From NCBI GenBank assembly GCA_045539595.1, contig JAZQFQ010000020.1, positions 4,497 through 68,496 of the forward strand: a stretch of 64,000 nt of DNA. The letters run 5' to 3'. The notes beneath the pieces were generated by a model. It was not told where the DNA came from. It ran no database searches and saw only the letters and a list, made by a program, of their open reading frames with translations. Below are positions 17,834 through 26,336 of the stretch, piece by piece. The translations under genes and the position numbers were made by a program. How positions within the stretch are numbered: the first letter of the stretch is position 1; the number at the start of each line of letters is the position of its first letter. This stretch comes from Eubacteriales bacterium. Its GTDB lineage: Bacteria > Bacillota > Clostridia > Oscillospirales > CAG-272.

Positions 17834-17866
17834 GGCGGCTGCCATCGGGCAGCCCCCTTTGTTTTA
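17834..17866. terminator. Bidirectional terminator between ileS and convergent murE paralogue
   Basis: GGCTGCC (17837-17843), loop ATCG, GGCAGCC (17848-17854), then CCCTTTGTTTTATTT. The complementary strand also ends in a T-run. Confidence 0.7.
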
Positions 17867-19348
17867 TTTCTTTGATTTTTCCTCCGCCAGGATCGCGGCA
17901 CATTCCTCTTCCAGAATAACCCGCTCCCGAAAGGGCACCTTCCGTCCGCCGATAAGCTGGTAGGTTTCGTGTCCTTTTCCGGCAAACAGCACGATATCGC
18001 CCGGTCGGGACATACGGACGGCAGTGCGCACCGCCACTTCCCGATCCTCGATCTCTGCCCGAGGGCAGTCGGGATGGAGATGCTCACCGATCTCCCGAAT
18101 GATGGCCATTGGCGATTCGAAATCCGGATTATCGGAGGTGATGATGCAGAAATCCGCAAGCTCGCCTGCGGCGGATGCCAACTCCGCCCGGCGGTTCTGG
18201 GACTTGCCCCCCACCGATCCGAACACGCAGATCAGCCGCACAGGACGGTATTCCCGAAGCACCGACAATGCACTGCGCAAACTGAGGCCGTTGTGGGCGT
18301 AATCGATCACAAACGTCCGCCCCGGCAGGTTGCCCGCAATTTCAAACCGGCCCTGCACCGGAGCAGTTTTCAGCGCGTCAGCGCTGTCCTTCACGCTCAC
18401 GCCGTACACGGATGCTACCGCCATGGCGGCCAGGGCATTATGCACGGAGAAGTGGCCCGGGGACAAAACGGACACAGGGGTACTTCCCTCCGCCGTCACG
18501 CAGTCGAAGCGGACGCCCAGGGTGGTATCCTCCCGATAATTCTCAATATCCCTTGCCACCAGATCCGCCTTGCCCAAGCCGAAGGAGATGCGGCGGGCAT
18601 CGGTTTCGCCCAGCATATCCGGCCACATGGCGTCGTCGGCGTTATAGATGGCATAACGGACGCCGTATTCGGAAAACAGCCGGGCTTTCGATGCGGCGTA
18701 ATGTTCAAAATTGGGATGCTCCACATCGCTGATGTGATCGGGGGACAGATTGGTAAACACGCCCACCTCGAAGGGAATGCCGTACACGCGGCTGTGAGCC
18801 AGGGCCTGGGAGGACACCTCCAATACCGCGTACTCCATCCCGGCACGGAGCATCTGATCGAAATACATATGAAGCTCCCGGCTCTCGGGGGTGGTGTTCA
18901 CCGTCTCCAGATGGGTATCTCCGATGGTGACTCCGTTGGAGCCAATATAGGCGCATTTTTTGCCCATACGGTTCAGGATGGCCGCTACCATCAGCGCGGT
19001 GGTGGTCTTCCCTTTGGTGCCGGTGATGCCGATGATGTGCAGCCGATCTGCCGGACGTCCGTAGAACTCCGCGCTGATGACCGCCAGGGTCTGTCTTGTA
19101 TCCTCCACGCGAATCACCACCGCGTCCGGGGGCAGATCCACTTCCCGACAAACAAGAAACGCCCGGCATCCCTGCGCATAGGCAGACGGGGCGTAGTTAT
19201 GCCCGTCGGACCGGGCACCCACCAGACACACAAACAGGCACCCTTCCCCCGCACGGCGGGAATCGTATTCGATACGCCGGATGTCCGTATCGGGGATCGG
19301 AGAGGATCCCGAAACGGAAACGCGGGCGAACAGATCACACAGACGCAT
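17864..19348 (-). CDS. murE: Mur ligase, MurE paralogue (UDP-MurNAc-L-Ala-D-Glu : diamino-acid ligase) with a non-canonical specificity motif DNPD
   Basis: 494 aa. N-terminal MurE domain, P-loop GITGTKGKTT, and DNPD (18122-18133) where mDAP-type enzymes have DNPR. Last gene of a four-gene operon. Confidence 0.85.
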   Translation of the reverse strand: MRLCDLFARVSVSGSSPIPDTDIRRIEYDSRRAGEGCLFVCLVGARSDGHNYAPSAYAQGCRAFLVCREVDLPPDAVVIRVEDTRQTLAVISAEFYGRPADRLHIIGITGTKGKTTTALMVAAILNRMGKKCAYIGSNGVTIGDTHLETVNTTPESRELHMYFDQMLRAGMEYAVLEVSSQALAHSRVYGIPFEVGVFTNLSPDHISDVEHPNFEHYAASKARLFSEYGVRYAIYNADDAMWPDMLGETDARRISFGLGKADLVARDIENYREDTTLGVRFDCVTAEGSTPVSVLSPGHFSVHNALAAMAVASVYGVSVKDSADALKTAPVQGRFEIAGNLPGRTFVIDYAHNGLSLRSALSVLREYRPVRLICVFGSVGGKSQNRRAELASAAGELADFCIITSDNPDFESPMAIIREIGEHLHPDCPRAEIEDREVAVRTAVRMSRPGDIVLFAGKGHETYQLIGGRKVPFRERVILEEECAAILAEEKSKK

Positions 19349-19373
19349 AGAAAAACGGCTCCTTTCGGCTCAA

Positions 19374-20120
19374 TCAGATCTGCATTTCGGGATCCATCCG
19401 AGAGAACTCCTCCCGGAATCCCTGGGTTTGACTGCCGCACATGGTGATGGCCCGGCAGGCCAGCACCTGCAAGGAATCGATAAACATTTCCTCCCGGGGA
19501 ATCTCCCGTGCCGCCACGGACAACTCGGTACAGCCGAGGATCATGCAGTCGCATCCCTGCTGCTGCAGGGGACGGACGGCTTCATACAAGAGGGCGGGAT
19601 CGCTTCGCAGGCCCCGCTTGACATAATCGTAAATGATGTGGGTCAGTTTCGCCTGACAGGCAGCATCCGGCACGGCGTAGCCGATGCCCTCTTTTTCCAA
19701 AGCACTCTGATACGCCCCCGAGGCAATGGTACCCTCGGTGGCCAGAATGCCCGCCTTTGTATGCCCGCAACTCCGGACAAAATGGGCCGTTTCCCGTATG
19801 ATGCTGGGCACGGGCACGGACACGGAGTCACGAACCTGATCGATAAAATAGTGGGCGGTATTGCAGGGGATCACAATGGCGCGGGCGCCGAAGGCTTCCA
19901 GAGCCTTGGCATCCTCGATCATAGCCGGCAAAGGGCTGTCGGCACTGCGGCCCAGGATGAAATCCGTCCGATCGGGCGTGGACGCACGGCTGGACAGTAT
20001 GATATCGATATGATCCTGATCCCGCTCGGCCTTGGTGTGGGCGGTGATCATCTCATAGAAATACGCGCTCGCCATCGGGCCAAGCCCGCCGAGAACGCCC
20101 AAAAGATGCGGTGAATGCAT
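19374..20120 (-). CDS. Aspartate/glutamate-family amino-acid racemase (aspartate racemase-like)
   Basis: 248 aa. GGLGPMAS, and the two catalytic Cys motifs IPCNTAH and LGCTEL. Confidence 0.85.
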   Translation of the reverse strand: MHSPHLLGVLGGLGPMASAYFYEMITAHTKAERDQDHIDIILSSRASTPDRTDFILGRSADSPLPAMIEDAKALEAFGARAIVIPCNTAHYFIDQVRDSVSVPVPSIIRETAHFVRSCGHTKAGILATEGTIASGAYQSALEKEGIGYAVPDAACQAKLTHIIYDYVKRGLRSDPALLYEAVRPLQQQGCDCMILGCTELSVAAREIPREEMFIDSLQVLACRAITMCGSQTQGFREEFSRMDPEMQI

Positions 20121-20143
20121 AATAGCCCCCGTTTAGGTTTTCG

Positions 20144-21373
20144 TTATTTTTGTGTGGGATAGTATTTCTTGAACTTCTTGCCCTGGCGGCGCAGAACCTC
20201 GCACACGCAGATCAGCCGCAGGGGATTCAGACAAAGATCCTTCGTATACCAGAGGGAGGAGGTGTGCTTGCCGCGGCGGGCCAAATCCCGGGCACACTTC
20301 ACAAGCGATGCGTCCTCCGTGTATGTATATGCGACAGAGCGCGGAACATGATGCCAGAAATGCACGTTTTCACACATAAGGCAGTCCTCGCCCTCGGATT
20401 CGTATACCTCCGCCGCCAGACGGGCGATATTGATTCCCGCAGAGGTGACGTAGAAGTTGCTCCGTCCCTGGCGGAGATTGATCTCAAACACCCGATAATC
20501 CTCGCCCTCGCCGGTGTATTTGATATCAAAATTGGAGAAGCCGGTGTAGCCCATATCCTCCAGCATCGCCCGGATCTTATCCGCAAAAGGCAGATTGGAG
20601 AGGGGCTCGGTCACGATGGCAGCGTGGTTGCCCAATCCCTTGGGAGTGTGCTCCTCTATCATAGTATGACCGAGGCACATAGCGCGCACGCGGCCCTTTT
20701 TATCGGAAAAGGCAGTGAGCACCCGCATGTGGGCATCACCGCCGGGGATAAACTCCTGCAGAATCATCCGCTCATCGTAGCCTGAATCGTAGATCTCGGC
20801 GATGATCGCCTCTGCATCAGCGGCAGATTTTGCGATGTACACCTTTTTCATTCCGTCAAAGGGATGCTTCCAGTACACCACGCTGGAGGAGGGCTTGATG
20901 ACGATGGGATAGTCAAAGCCCAGCACATCGGCGGACAGATCCGCCGCGTCTGTTTTTTCTGCCAGCACCACCGTCTTCGGATAGGGGATGCCGTACTTCT
21001 CGCAGATCTCGTAAAACTCCGCCTTGCGGGATACGGAATCGAGAAACGATTCGTTCGGGCAGGCGCACAGATACCGGGGCAGCTTGTCCTTATTGCGGAT
21101 GATCATAGCGGCGTAATCGTCGGTGCATCCGAACAGGATCAGTTTTCCGTCGGGATGATTTTCGGCAAATGCCGTTAACGTTCCCAGCATTACTTCGTCC
21201 CGATCGATCTCGGGCACGGCGGTGAAGCGGATAATGCGGGAATATTTGGTGGCGGAAACCGCATACCGGCCGAAGGCGTAGGAGATCACGCCATACTGCT
21301 CGTGAAAGGCTCTTGCCACGTTATAACAGTTCAGATCGGCGCCAAGGAGCACCGGGATAATCTTCTCAGTCAT
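20144..21373 (-). CDS. ATP-grasp carboxylate-amine ligase; D-aspartate-ligase-like by context
   Basis: 409 aa. The N-terminus PVLLGADLNCYNVARAFHEQYG and the ATP-grasp core (IVIKPSS..., LQEFIPGGD, FEINLRQGRS) support the family call. The specific D-Asp ligase role is inferred from the adjacent racemase and MurE. Confidence 0.7.
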   Translation of the reverse strand: MTEKIIPVLLGADLNCYNVARAFHEQYGVISYAFGRYAVSATKYSRIIRFTAVPEIDRDEVMLGTLTAFAENHPDGKLILFGCTDDYAAMIIRNKDKLPRYLCACPNESFLDSVSRKAEFYEICEKYGIPYPKTVVLAEKTDAADLSADVLGFDYPIVIKPSSSVVYWKHPFDGMKKVYIAKSAADAEAIIAEIYDSGYDERMILQEFIPGGDAHMRVLTAFSDKKGRVRAMCLGHTMIEEHTPKGLGNHAAIVTEPLSNLPFADKIRAMLEDMGYTGFSNFDIKYTGEGEDYRVFEINLRQGRSNFYVTSAGINIARLAAEVYESEGEDCLMCENVHFWHHVPRSVAYTYTEDASLVKCARDLARRGKHTSSLWYTKDLCLNPLRLICVCEVLRRQGKKFKKYYPTQK

Positions 21374-21387
21374 TCTGTTTTCCTCAA

Positions 21388-23223
21388 TCAGATTCCGAAA
21401 AATACTTTATGCCAGGTAAGGAAGGTGTAGACCGTCCAGATCTTGCGGCCGTTGTTCGTGCCGTTTCTGTGGTCGTCCAAAAGACGCACCAGGGCATCGG
21501 TGTCGAAATACTCCGCCGCCGCATCGGAGGTGAAGGCTTCCTTCACCAAATTATAGTAGCGATCCTCTCTGAGCCAGTTGCGGATCGGCACGGGGAATCC
21601 TTTTTTGGTGCGGTTTGCCCACGCATCGGGCAAGGTCTTGTTGGCGGCCGCACGGAGCACGTGCTTGGTGTTCACGCCATCGATCTTATAATGGGCAGGC
21701 AGGCTCTGGGCCTGTGCCATGATGTCCCGATCCAGATAGGGTACCCGCAACTCCAGGGAGTGGGCCATGCTCATCTTGTCTGCCTTGAGGAGGATATCTC
21801 CCGGCAGCCACAGATTCAGATCCAGATACTGCTTCTTTTCCAACTCACTCAGCCCCTGTGCCCGATCGTAAATGGGGGCGGTGATATCTCTCACGGAGGG
21901 GCCGGCCTTGTATTTGGGCTTCAGGATGGCAAGGGCATCCTTCTCTCCCCACACCATAGCCTGTCCGATGAAATAATCCTCGGGGCGGCCGCTGCCCTTG
22001 ATGATGAAATCGTGTCCTTTGAAGTAAGGCAGACCTGCGCTGAGTGACGCCGCCGCCCGGCGCAGGGGCGCGGGGATCCTTTTATATTTCCGCATCAGCG
22101 GGGTTTCGTCATACCATTCGTATCCGCCGTAGATCTCATCGGCGCCCTCGCCGGAGAGGACTACGGTCACGTGCTCTCTCGCCAGAGAGGAGAGAAACCA
22201 CAGCGGCACGGAGGACGGATTGGACTGGGGCTCATCCATATGATACTGGATGTCGGCAAAGGCGTCGAAGCACTGCTCCGCTGTCAGCTCCCGCCGGAAA
22301 TTGCGGATGCCCAGGATATCGGACAGTTCTTTCGCTTCGGTGGTTTCGTCAAACTTCTTCTCACCGAATCCCACGGAGAAGGTATTCTCCGGCATCAGGG
22401 CCGCGGTGATGTAACTGGAATCCACGCCGCCGGAGAGAAAAGCACCCAGGGGCACGTCGCTGATCCGATGGGCGGCCACGGATTCCCGCACGGCACAGTC
22501 GATGGCGTCCGCCATATCCTCAAAGGAGGCAGTGGTCTTTTTGGTGAAATCCACATCCCAATACCGGCGGATTTCCATCTTGCCGTCCCGGAAGGTGAAG
22601 GTGTGGGCGGGGGGCAGTTTATACGTACCGCGGAAGAAGGTCTCCGCCATGGAGGAATACTGGAAGGTCAGATACGGCCGGAGCGCTTCGGGATTCACCT
22701 CACGGCGGAAACCGGGATGCTCCAGAAAACTTTTGATCTCCGAGCCAAAGATCAGATTGCCCTGCTCCGTCACCGAATAATAGAAGGGCTTGATGCCGAA
22801 GTAGTCCCGTGCGCCGAACAGAGTGCGCGTCCGCTCATCCCAGATGACGAAAGCAAACATACCCCGCAGCATGGGGACGATGGCCTCGCCGAACTCCTCA
22901 TAGCCGTGGATGATGACCTCCGTATCGCAGCGGGTGCGGAACACGTGTCCCCGGGCGATGAGATCCTCCCGCAGCTGGGCGAAGTTATAGATCTCCCCGT
23001 TGAACACCATGACCATGGAGTTATCTTCATTATACATAGGCTGGGCGCCATCCGCCAGATCGATGATGCTGAGGCGGCGGAAGCCCAAGGTCACATCATC
23101 CTCGGCCACACCGATATGGTATCCTTCCATATCCGGGCCGCGGTGGATGATCCGATCCGCCATTTTCTTGATGATCGCCGCTCTGTCGGGCAGAGGGCCG
23201 GTAAATCCTGCAAATCCGCACAT
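21388..23223 (-). CDS. Glutamine-hydrolysing asparagine synthetase family amidotransferase (AsnB/AsnH-like)
   Basis: Start at MCGFAGF (cat at 23221-23223; Cys2 is the Ntn nucleophile) inside track ORF 21388..23427. PP-loop SGGVDSS. Confidence 0.9.
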   Translation of the reverse strand: MCGFAGFTGPLPDRAAIIKKMADRIIHRGPDMEGYHIGVAEDDVTLGFRRLSIIDLADGAQPMYNEDNSMVMVFNGEIYNFAQLREDLIARGHVFRTRCDTEVIIHGYEEFGEAIVPMLRGMFAFVIWDERTRTLFGARDYFGIKPFYYSVTEQGNLIFGSEIKSFLEHPGFRREVNPEALRPYLTFQYSSMAETFFRGTYKLPPAHTFTFRDGKMEIRRYWDVDFTKKTTASFEDMADAIDCAVRESVAAHRISDVPLGAFLSGGVDSSYITAALMPENTFSVGFGEKKFDETTEAKELSDILGIRNFRRELTAEQCFDAFADIQYHMDEPQSNPSSVPLWFLSSLAREHVTVVLSGEGADEIYGGYEWYDETPLMRKYKRIPAPLRRAAASLSAGLPYFKGHDFIIKGSGRPEDYFIGQAMVWGEKDALAILKPKYKAGPSVRDITAPIYDRAQGLSELEKKQYLDLNLWLPGDILLKADKMSMAHSLELRVPYLDRDIMAQAQSLPAHYKIDGVNTKHVLRAAANKTLPDAWANRTKKGFPVPIRNWLREDRYYNLVKEAFTSDAAAEYFDTDALVRLLDDHRNGTNNGRKIWTVYTFLTWHKVFFGI

Positions 23224-23272
23224 ATATCTGAATTCCTTTGTTATCTGTCGTATAGAACTGCATACATAATGT

Positions 23273-23281
23273 ATTATAGCA
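23273..23281 (-). promoter_or_regulatory. Extended -10 (TGcTATAAT) candidate promoter of the asnB-to-murE operon
   Basis: Minus strand reads TGCTATAAT about 50 nt upstream of ATG 23223. The -35 is poor (TTTATT). Confidence 0.4.
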
Positions 23282-23359
23282 TACTCTTTTCCCAAAATAA
23301 ATAGCCGAGGGGAAAAAAGTGGCTTCCGAAAAAAATTTGTAAAAATCACGCGAAACCGC

Positions 23360-23388
23360 TTGACAATCACTTGAACGTATGGTATACT
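23360..23388 (+). promoter_or_regulatory. Promoter P1 (upstream copy of a duplicated promoter)
   Basis: TTGACA 23360-23365, 17 nt, TGgTATACT (TATACT at 23383-23388). Confidence 0.65.
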
Positions 23389-23398
23389 GTATTCACAA

Positions 23399-23435
23399 GG
23401 ATCCCCGTAGGATGCGGCGGTATCCATAATTTTTT
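23399..23435 (+). terminator. Hairpin plus T6 immediately downstream of P1 (terminator or attenuator candidate)
   Basis: GGATCCCCGTAGGATGCGGCGGTATCC folds with GGAT/ATCC closing pairs and internal C-G pairs. It is followed by ATAATTTTTT (T6 at 23430-23435). Confidence 0.4.
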
Positions 23436-23461
23436 CGGCAGCAGAAATCTATAGAAACCCA

Positions 23462-23490
23462 TTGACAATCATCCGACTGCGTGTTATACT
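23462..23490 (+). promoter_or_regulatory. Promoter P2 of the DUF1836-to-flotillin operon
   Basis: TTGACA 23462-23467, 17 nt, TGtTATACT (TATACT at 23485-23490). It shares TTGACAATCA and TATACTGT with P1. Confidence 0.7.
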
Positions 23491-23546
23491 GTGTATGTAA
23501 GCAAAATACCACAACCACCGCCCGCGGGCGGCACGGAGGATTTTAT

Positions 23547-24131
23547 ATGGATTTCGGAATTGCATTGACACGGATACCGGGAACGATTCTCGACCGACAG
23601 AAAATGGGCGGTGCCACCGGCATCGAATTTCTCAACAAGATTTTCTACATCACCGACGGAATCATGCTGGCACAGATACGGGAGATCGCCGGCGTGGACG
23701 GCACCACCCTGCAGAACTGGCTGAAGCGGGGCTGGGTCATCAACCCCGTCAACAAGATGTACAACAAGGACCAGCTGGCCCGCATTCTCATCATCAATAT
23801 GATGCGCGCCACCATGCAGCTCAGCGACATCTCGTTTCTGCTGACCTATGTGAACGGCGATCCGGGATGCCGGGAGGACGATATCATCCCCGAATCCCAG
23901 CTGTACGATTACATCTGCCGGCTGGTTGACAAACTGACCGGAGAAAACGCGGATCTTCCCCAGGAGTCTCTTTCCAAACTGATCGACACCTACACCGCCG
24001 ATTATGTGGAAACGCTGGGCGGTGCCCGCCGTCGGCTGAACCGGGCTCTGGAGATCATCCTCATGTCCTATTACGCCAACACGCTGAAACTGCGGGCGGA
24101 CGCTCTGGTCCACGCCCTGCGTGAGCGTTGA
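23547..24131 (+). CDS. DUF1836 protein with a MerR-like helix-turn-helix segment
   Basis: Start MDFGIAL (ATG 23547) after GGAGG. MLAQIREIAGVDGTTLQNWLKRGWVINPVNKMYNKDQLARILIINMM resembles DUF1836/MerR-type wHTH. Confidence 0.7.
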   Translation: MDFGIALTRIPGTILDRQKMGGATGIEFLNKIFYITDGIMLAQIREIAGVDGTTLQNWLKRGWVINPVNKMYNKDQLARILIINMMRATMQLSDISFLLTYVNGDPGCREDDIIPESQLYDYICRLVDKLTGENADLPQESLSKLIDTYTADYVETLGGARRRLNRALEIILMSYYANTLKLRADALVHALRER

Positions 24132-24168
24132 TTTTTCGATTCTTTCACCGATTTTCAGGAGGTTAATT

Positions 24169-24762
24169 ATGATTCAGTGGTGGAACAGTCTTGACACATT
24201 TGCCCGCGTCTATGCCTTTATTGCCATTCCCTCTACCCTCGTTTTGATCGTGCAGTCGATCCTTCTGATGATCGGATTGAACGACGGCGACGAAGGATTG
24301 GATCTGACGGACAACGGTTTTTCCGACACGCCGGGTGATGGCGGCTCCGACGGCTTGGCTCTGTTTTCAATCCGCGGCATCATGGCCCTGCTCACCGTAG
24401 GCGGCTGGAGCGGCCTGGCCCTGTACGCCTCCGGCGTAAACCGTCCCCTCACGATCCTCATCTCCGCCGTATGCGGTATTGCCGCCCTGTTCGCCATCGC
24501 GTATCTGATGCGCGCTGTCATGAAGCTCCAGTCCAACGGCAATATCAGCCTGAGCCACGCCATCGGCAAGACCGGCCGGGTGTACATCCCGATCCCGCCC
24601 CACACCCAGGGCAGCGGTAAAATCACGCTGACCTTGCAGGAGCGTTTTCTGGAAGCCGACGCGGTTACCACCGCGGAGCGCAAGCTGATTACCGGGGAGG
24701 CGGTACGCGTTGTCGCCACCGACGATTCCGGTCTCTTGGTTGTGGAGCCTGTGGTAAAGTAA
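24169..24762 (+). CDS. NfeD-family membrane protein (C-terminal OB-fold)
   Basis: Start MIQWWNSL after AGGAGG. TM helices, then GKTGRVYIPIPPHTQGSGKITLTLQERFLEADAVT...GEAVRVVATDDSGLLVVEP, typical of the NfeD C-terminal domain. Confidence 0.8.
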   Translation: MIQWWNSLDTFARVYAFIAIPSTLVLIVQSILLMIGLNDGDEGLDLTDNGFSDTPGDGGSDGLALFSIRGIMALLTVGGWSGLALYASGVNRPLTILISAVCGIAALFAIAYLMRAVMKLQSNGNISLSHAIGKTGRVYIPIPPHTQGSGKITLTLQERFLEADAVTTAERKLITGEAVRVVATDDSGLLVVEPVVK

Positions 24763-24785
24763 ATTCCACATAACGGAGTACAACT

Positions 24786-25124
24786 ATGGAACTATTCATG
24801 GGATTGTTTTTCATTCTGTTCTTTGTCGCGTTCTTCAGTATTCTGATCCGCAACATCGGAGAGTGGTTTAAAAACAACGCCTCCCCCCGCCTGACGGTAC
24901 CGGCGAAAGTGGTCAGCAAACGCAGCAGCCATCATCACCATCACCACGCCCACGGCGGTATGCATCACAGCACGAGTTACTATGTCACCTTTGAGGTGGA
25001 AAGCGGCGACCGGATGGAGTTGTCCCTCAGCGGTCACGAGTACGGACTCCTCGCCGAGGGCGACACCGGACGGCTCTCCTTCCAGGGCACCCGGTATCTG
25101 TCCTTTGAGCGATCCGTTCAGTAA
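24786..25124 (+). CDS. DUF2500-like single-pass membrane protein with a natural His-run
   Basis: N-terminal TM, then SSHHHHHHAHGGMHH, then YYVTFEVESGDRMELSLSGHEYGLLAEGDTGRLSFQGTRYLSFER, which matches my recollection of the DUF2500 core. Confidence 0.7.
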   Translation: MELFMGLFFILFFVAFFSILIRNIGEWFKNNASPRLTVPAKVVSKRSSHHHHHHAHGGMHHSTSYYVTFEVESGDRMELSLSGHEYGLLAEGDTGRLSFQGTRYLSFERSVQ

Positions 25125-25136
25125 AATCACACAGTC

Positions 25137-26321
25137 ATGAAACAACTACTCACATCCGACCGTCTGAAACGTATCGGACGATCTGCCCTGCTGTACGCGT
25201 TCTTCCTTCTGTTGTACTGGATCAGTTACGAAGCGGCGCTGGGGCGATTCTCCCTGCTGGAGGATGCCATCGACACCTTCTTCCCCTATGTGCCCGTATG
25301 GCTGCCGCCCCTTATACAAATACTAATTCTCCCCGCCACGTTTTACTCGGCCGCCCGGCTCTTCGCCATCCACGATCCGATTCTGAAAAAGAATCGCCCC
25401 GCGGAGGAGGATGCGCTTGCCAACTGGTTTGTGCGCACCGAGGAATTCCGCCTGGAGATGGCGGTGATCCTGCTTCTCTCCCTGCTTCTCCCTGCCGGAT
25501 GGGGAGACGGCGGCATCTTTACCCTCTTCCCCATGCATTTTCTTTTGGAAAAATTGTGCCGGATCCTGTTATTTTCGCCTTTGCTGATCGTTATTACTAT
25601 ACACGCCCATCACTGTGCGGAAATCGTATGGGACACCCCGCAAAAGCGGTTCTGGCAGAAAACCCCGCCGGCACTGCAGTTCGCAAAATCGGTCCTGCTT
25701 ACGCTGGGCGCGTACTTTGTGGGATTTATGTTCCTTCCCGTGGTGCTTCCGGCCATCCATTCCGCCTTGTACCTGCTGGCGCAGGTGGTTTGGGGATTCC
25801 GCTATTTCATCCTTGTAGGCTTCACTGCCCTGCTGCTCTTTCTGTACACGAGGGCCTGGCGGATCCGCCGGCGGTTTCTTAAGGACCTGAAAAAGATGGC
25901 GCAGGATCGGAAGTCCCACTTCCATCTCTCCCCCGTCAAGCGGGCGTGGATCTCGCTGTTCTTCCCCTCCCACCGGGCGAATTTCACCGTGCGGGTGCGG
26001 GATAAGGTATACAGCGTGCGGCTGATGGCCGATCCGATCCGCTACCGCACCATGTACTTCGGTCCGGAGGGCGCAGGCATCAAGCACAGCTCCCTCAGCC
26101 TACGGGGTATGGAGATTTTCAATATCGACATTCCCTTCACCTACGATTTTGAGGGAGAGGGAGAAAAACTAATCGTGCTGTCTCCCGTCCCGAAATTCAT
26201 CCGTTCCGTATCCAAAAACCACACCGCCGATCTGGACACCGGCGATCGGGTGGGTGAGTACCGTCTCTTCAACGGAAGCGGATTCCTCGGTATGCTGGAG
26301 CGGGACTGTCTGGAGCGATAA
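25137..26321 (+). CDS. Uncharacterised polytopic membrane protein (about 6 TM) with a ~145-aa C-terminal soluble domain; paralogue A
   Basis: 394 aa. Ends ...DTGDRVGEYRLFNGSGFLGMLERDCLER, shared with the next gene. No family recognised. Confidence 0.7.
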   Translation: MKQLLTSDRLKRIGRSALLYAFFLLLYWISYEAALGRFSLLEDAIDTFFPYVPVWLPPLIQILILPATFYSAARLFAIHDPILKKNRPAEEDALANWFVRTEEFRLEMAVILLLSLLLPAGWGDGGIFTLFPMHFLLEKLCRILLFSPLLIVITIHAHHCAEIVWDTPQKRFWQKTPPALQFAKSVLLTLGAYFVGFMFLPVVLPAIHSALYLLAQVVWGFRYFILVGFTALLLFLYTRAWRIRRRFLKDLKKMAQDRKSHFHLSPVKRAWISLFFPSHRANFTVRVRDKVYSVRLMADPIRYRTMYFGPEGAGIKHSSLSLRGMEIFNIDIPFTYDFEGEGEKLIVLSPVPKFIRSVSKNHTADLDTGDRVGEYRLFNGSGFLGMLERDCLER

Positions 26322-26336
26322 GTTGGGAGTTTATCT

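Noticed and set aside
21388-23427. Long N-terminal extensions offered by the ORF track. Examples: asnB-like +68 aa, glpA-like 34557..36230 +67 aa, EEP lipoprotein 54203..56119 +65 aa, AKR +43 aa, argF +38 aa, fibre +54 aa
   Set aside because: In each case an internal start gives the canonical family N-terminus (MCGF..., MIYDVLIIGAG..., signal peptide, and so on) with a proper SD. The extension runs through promoter or terminator sequence or the neighbouring gene.
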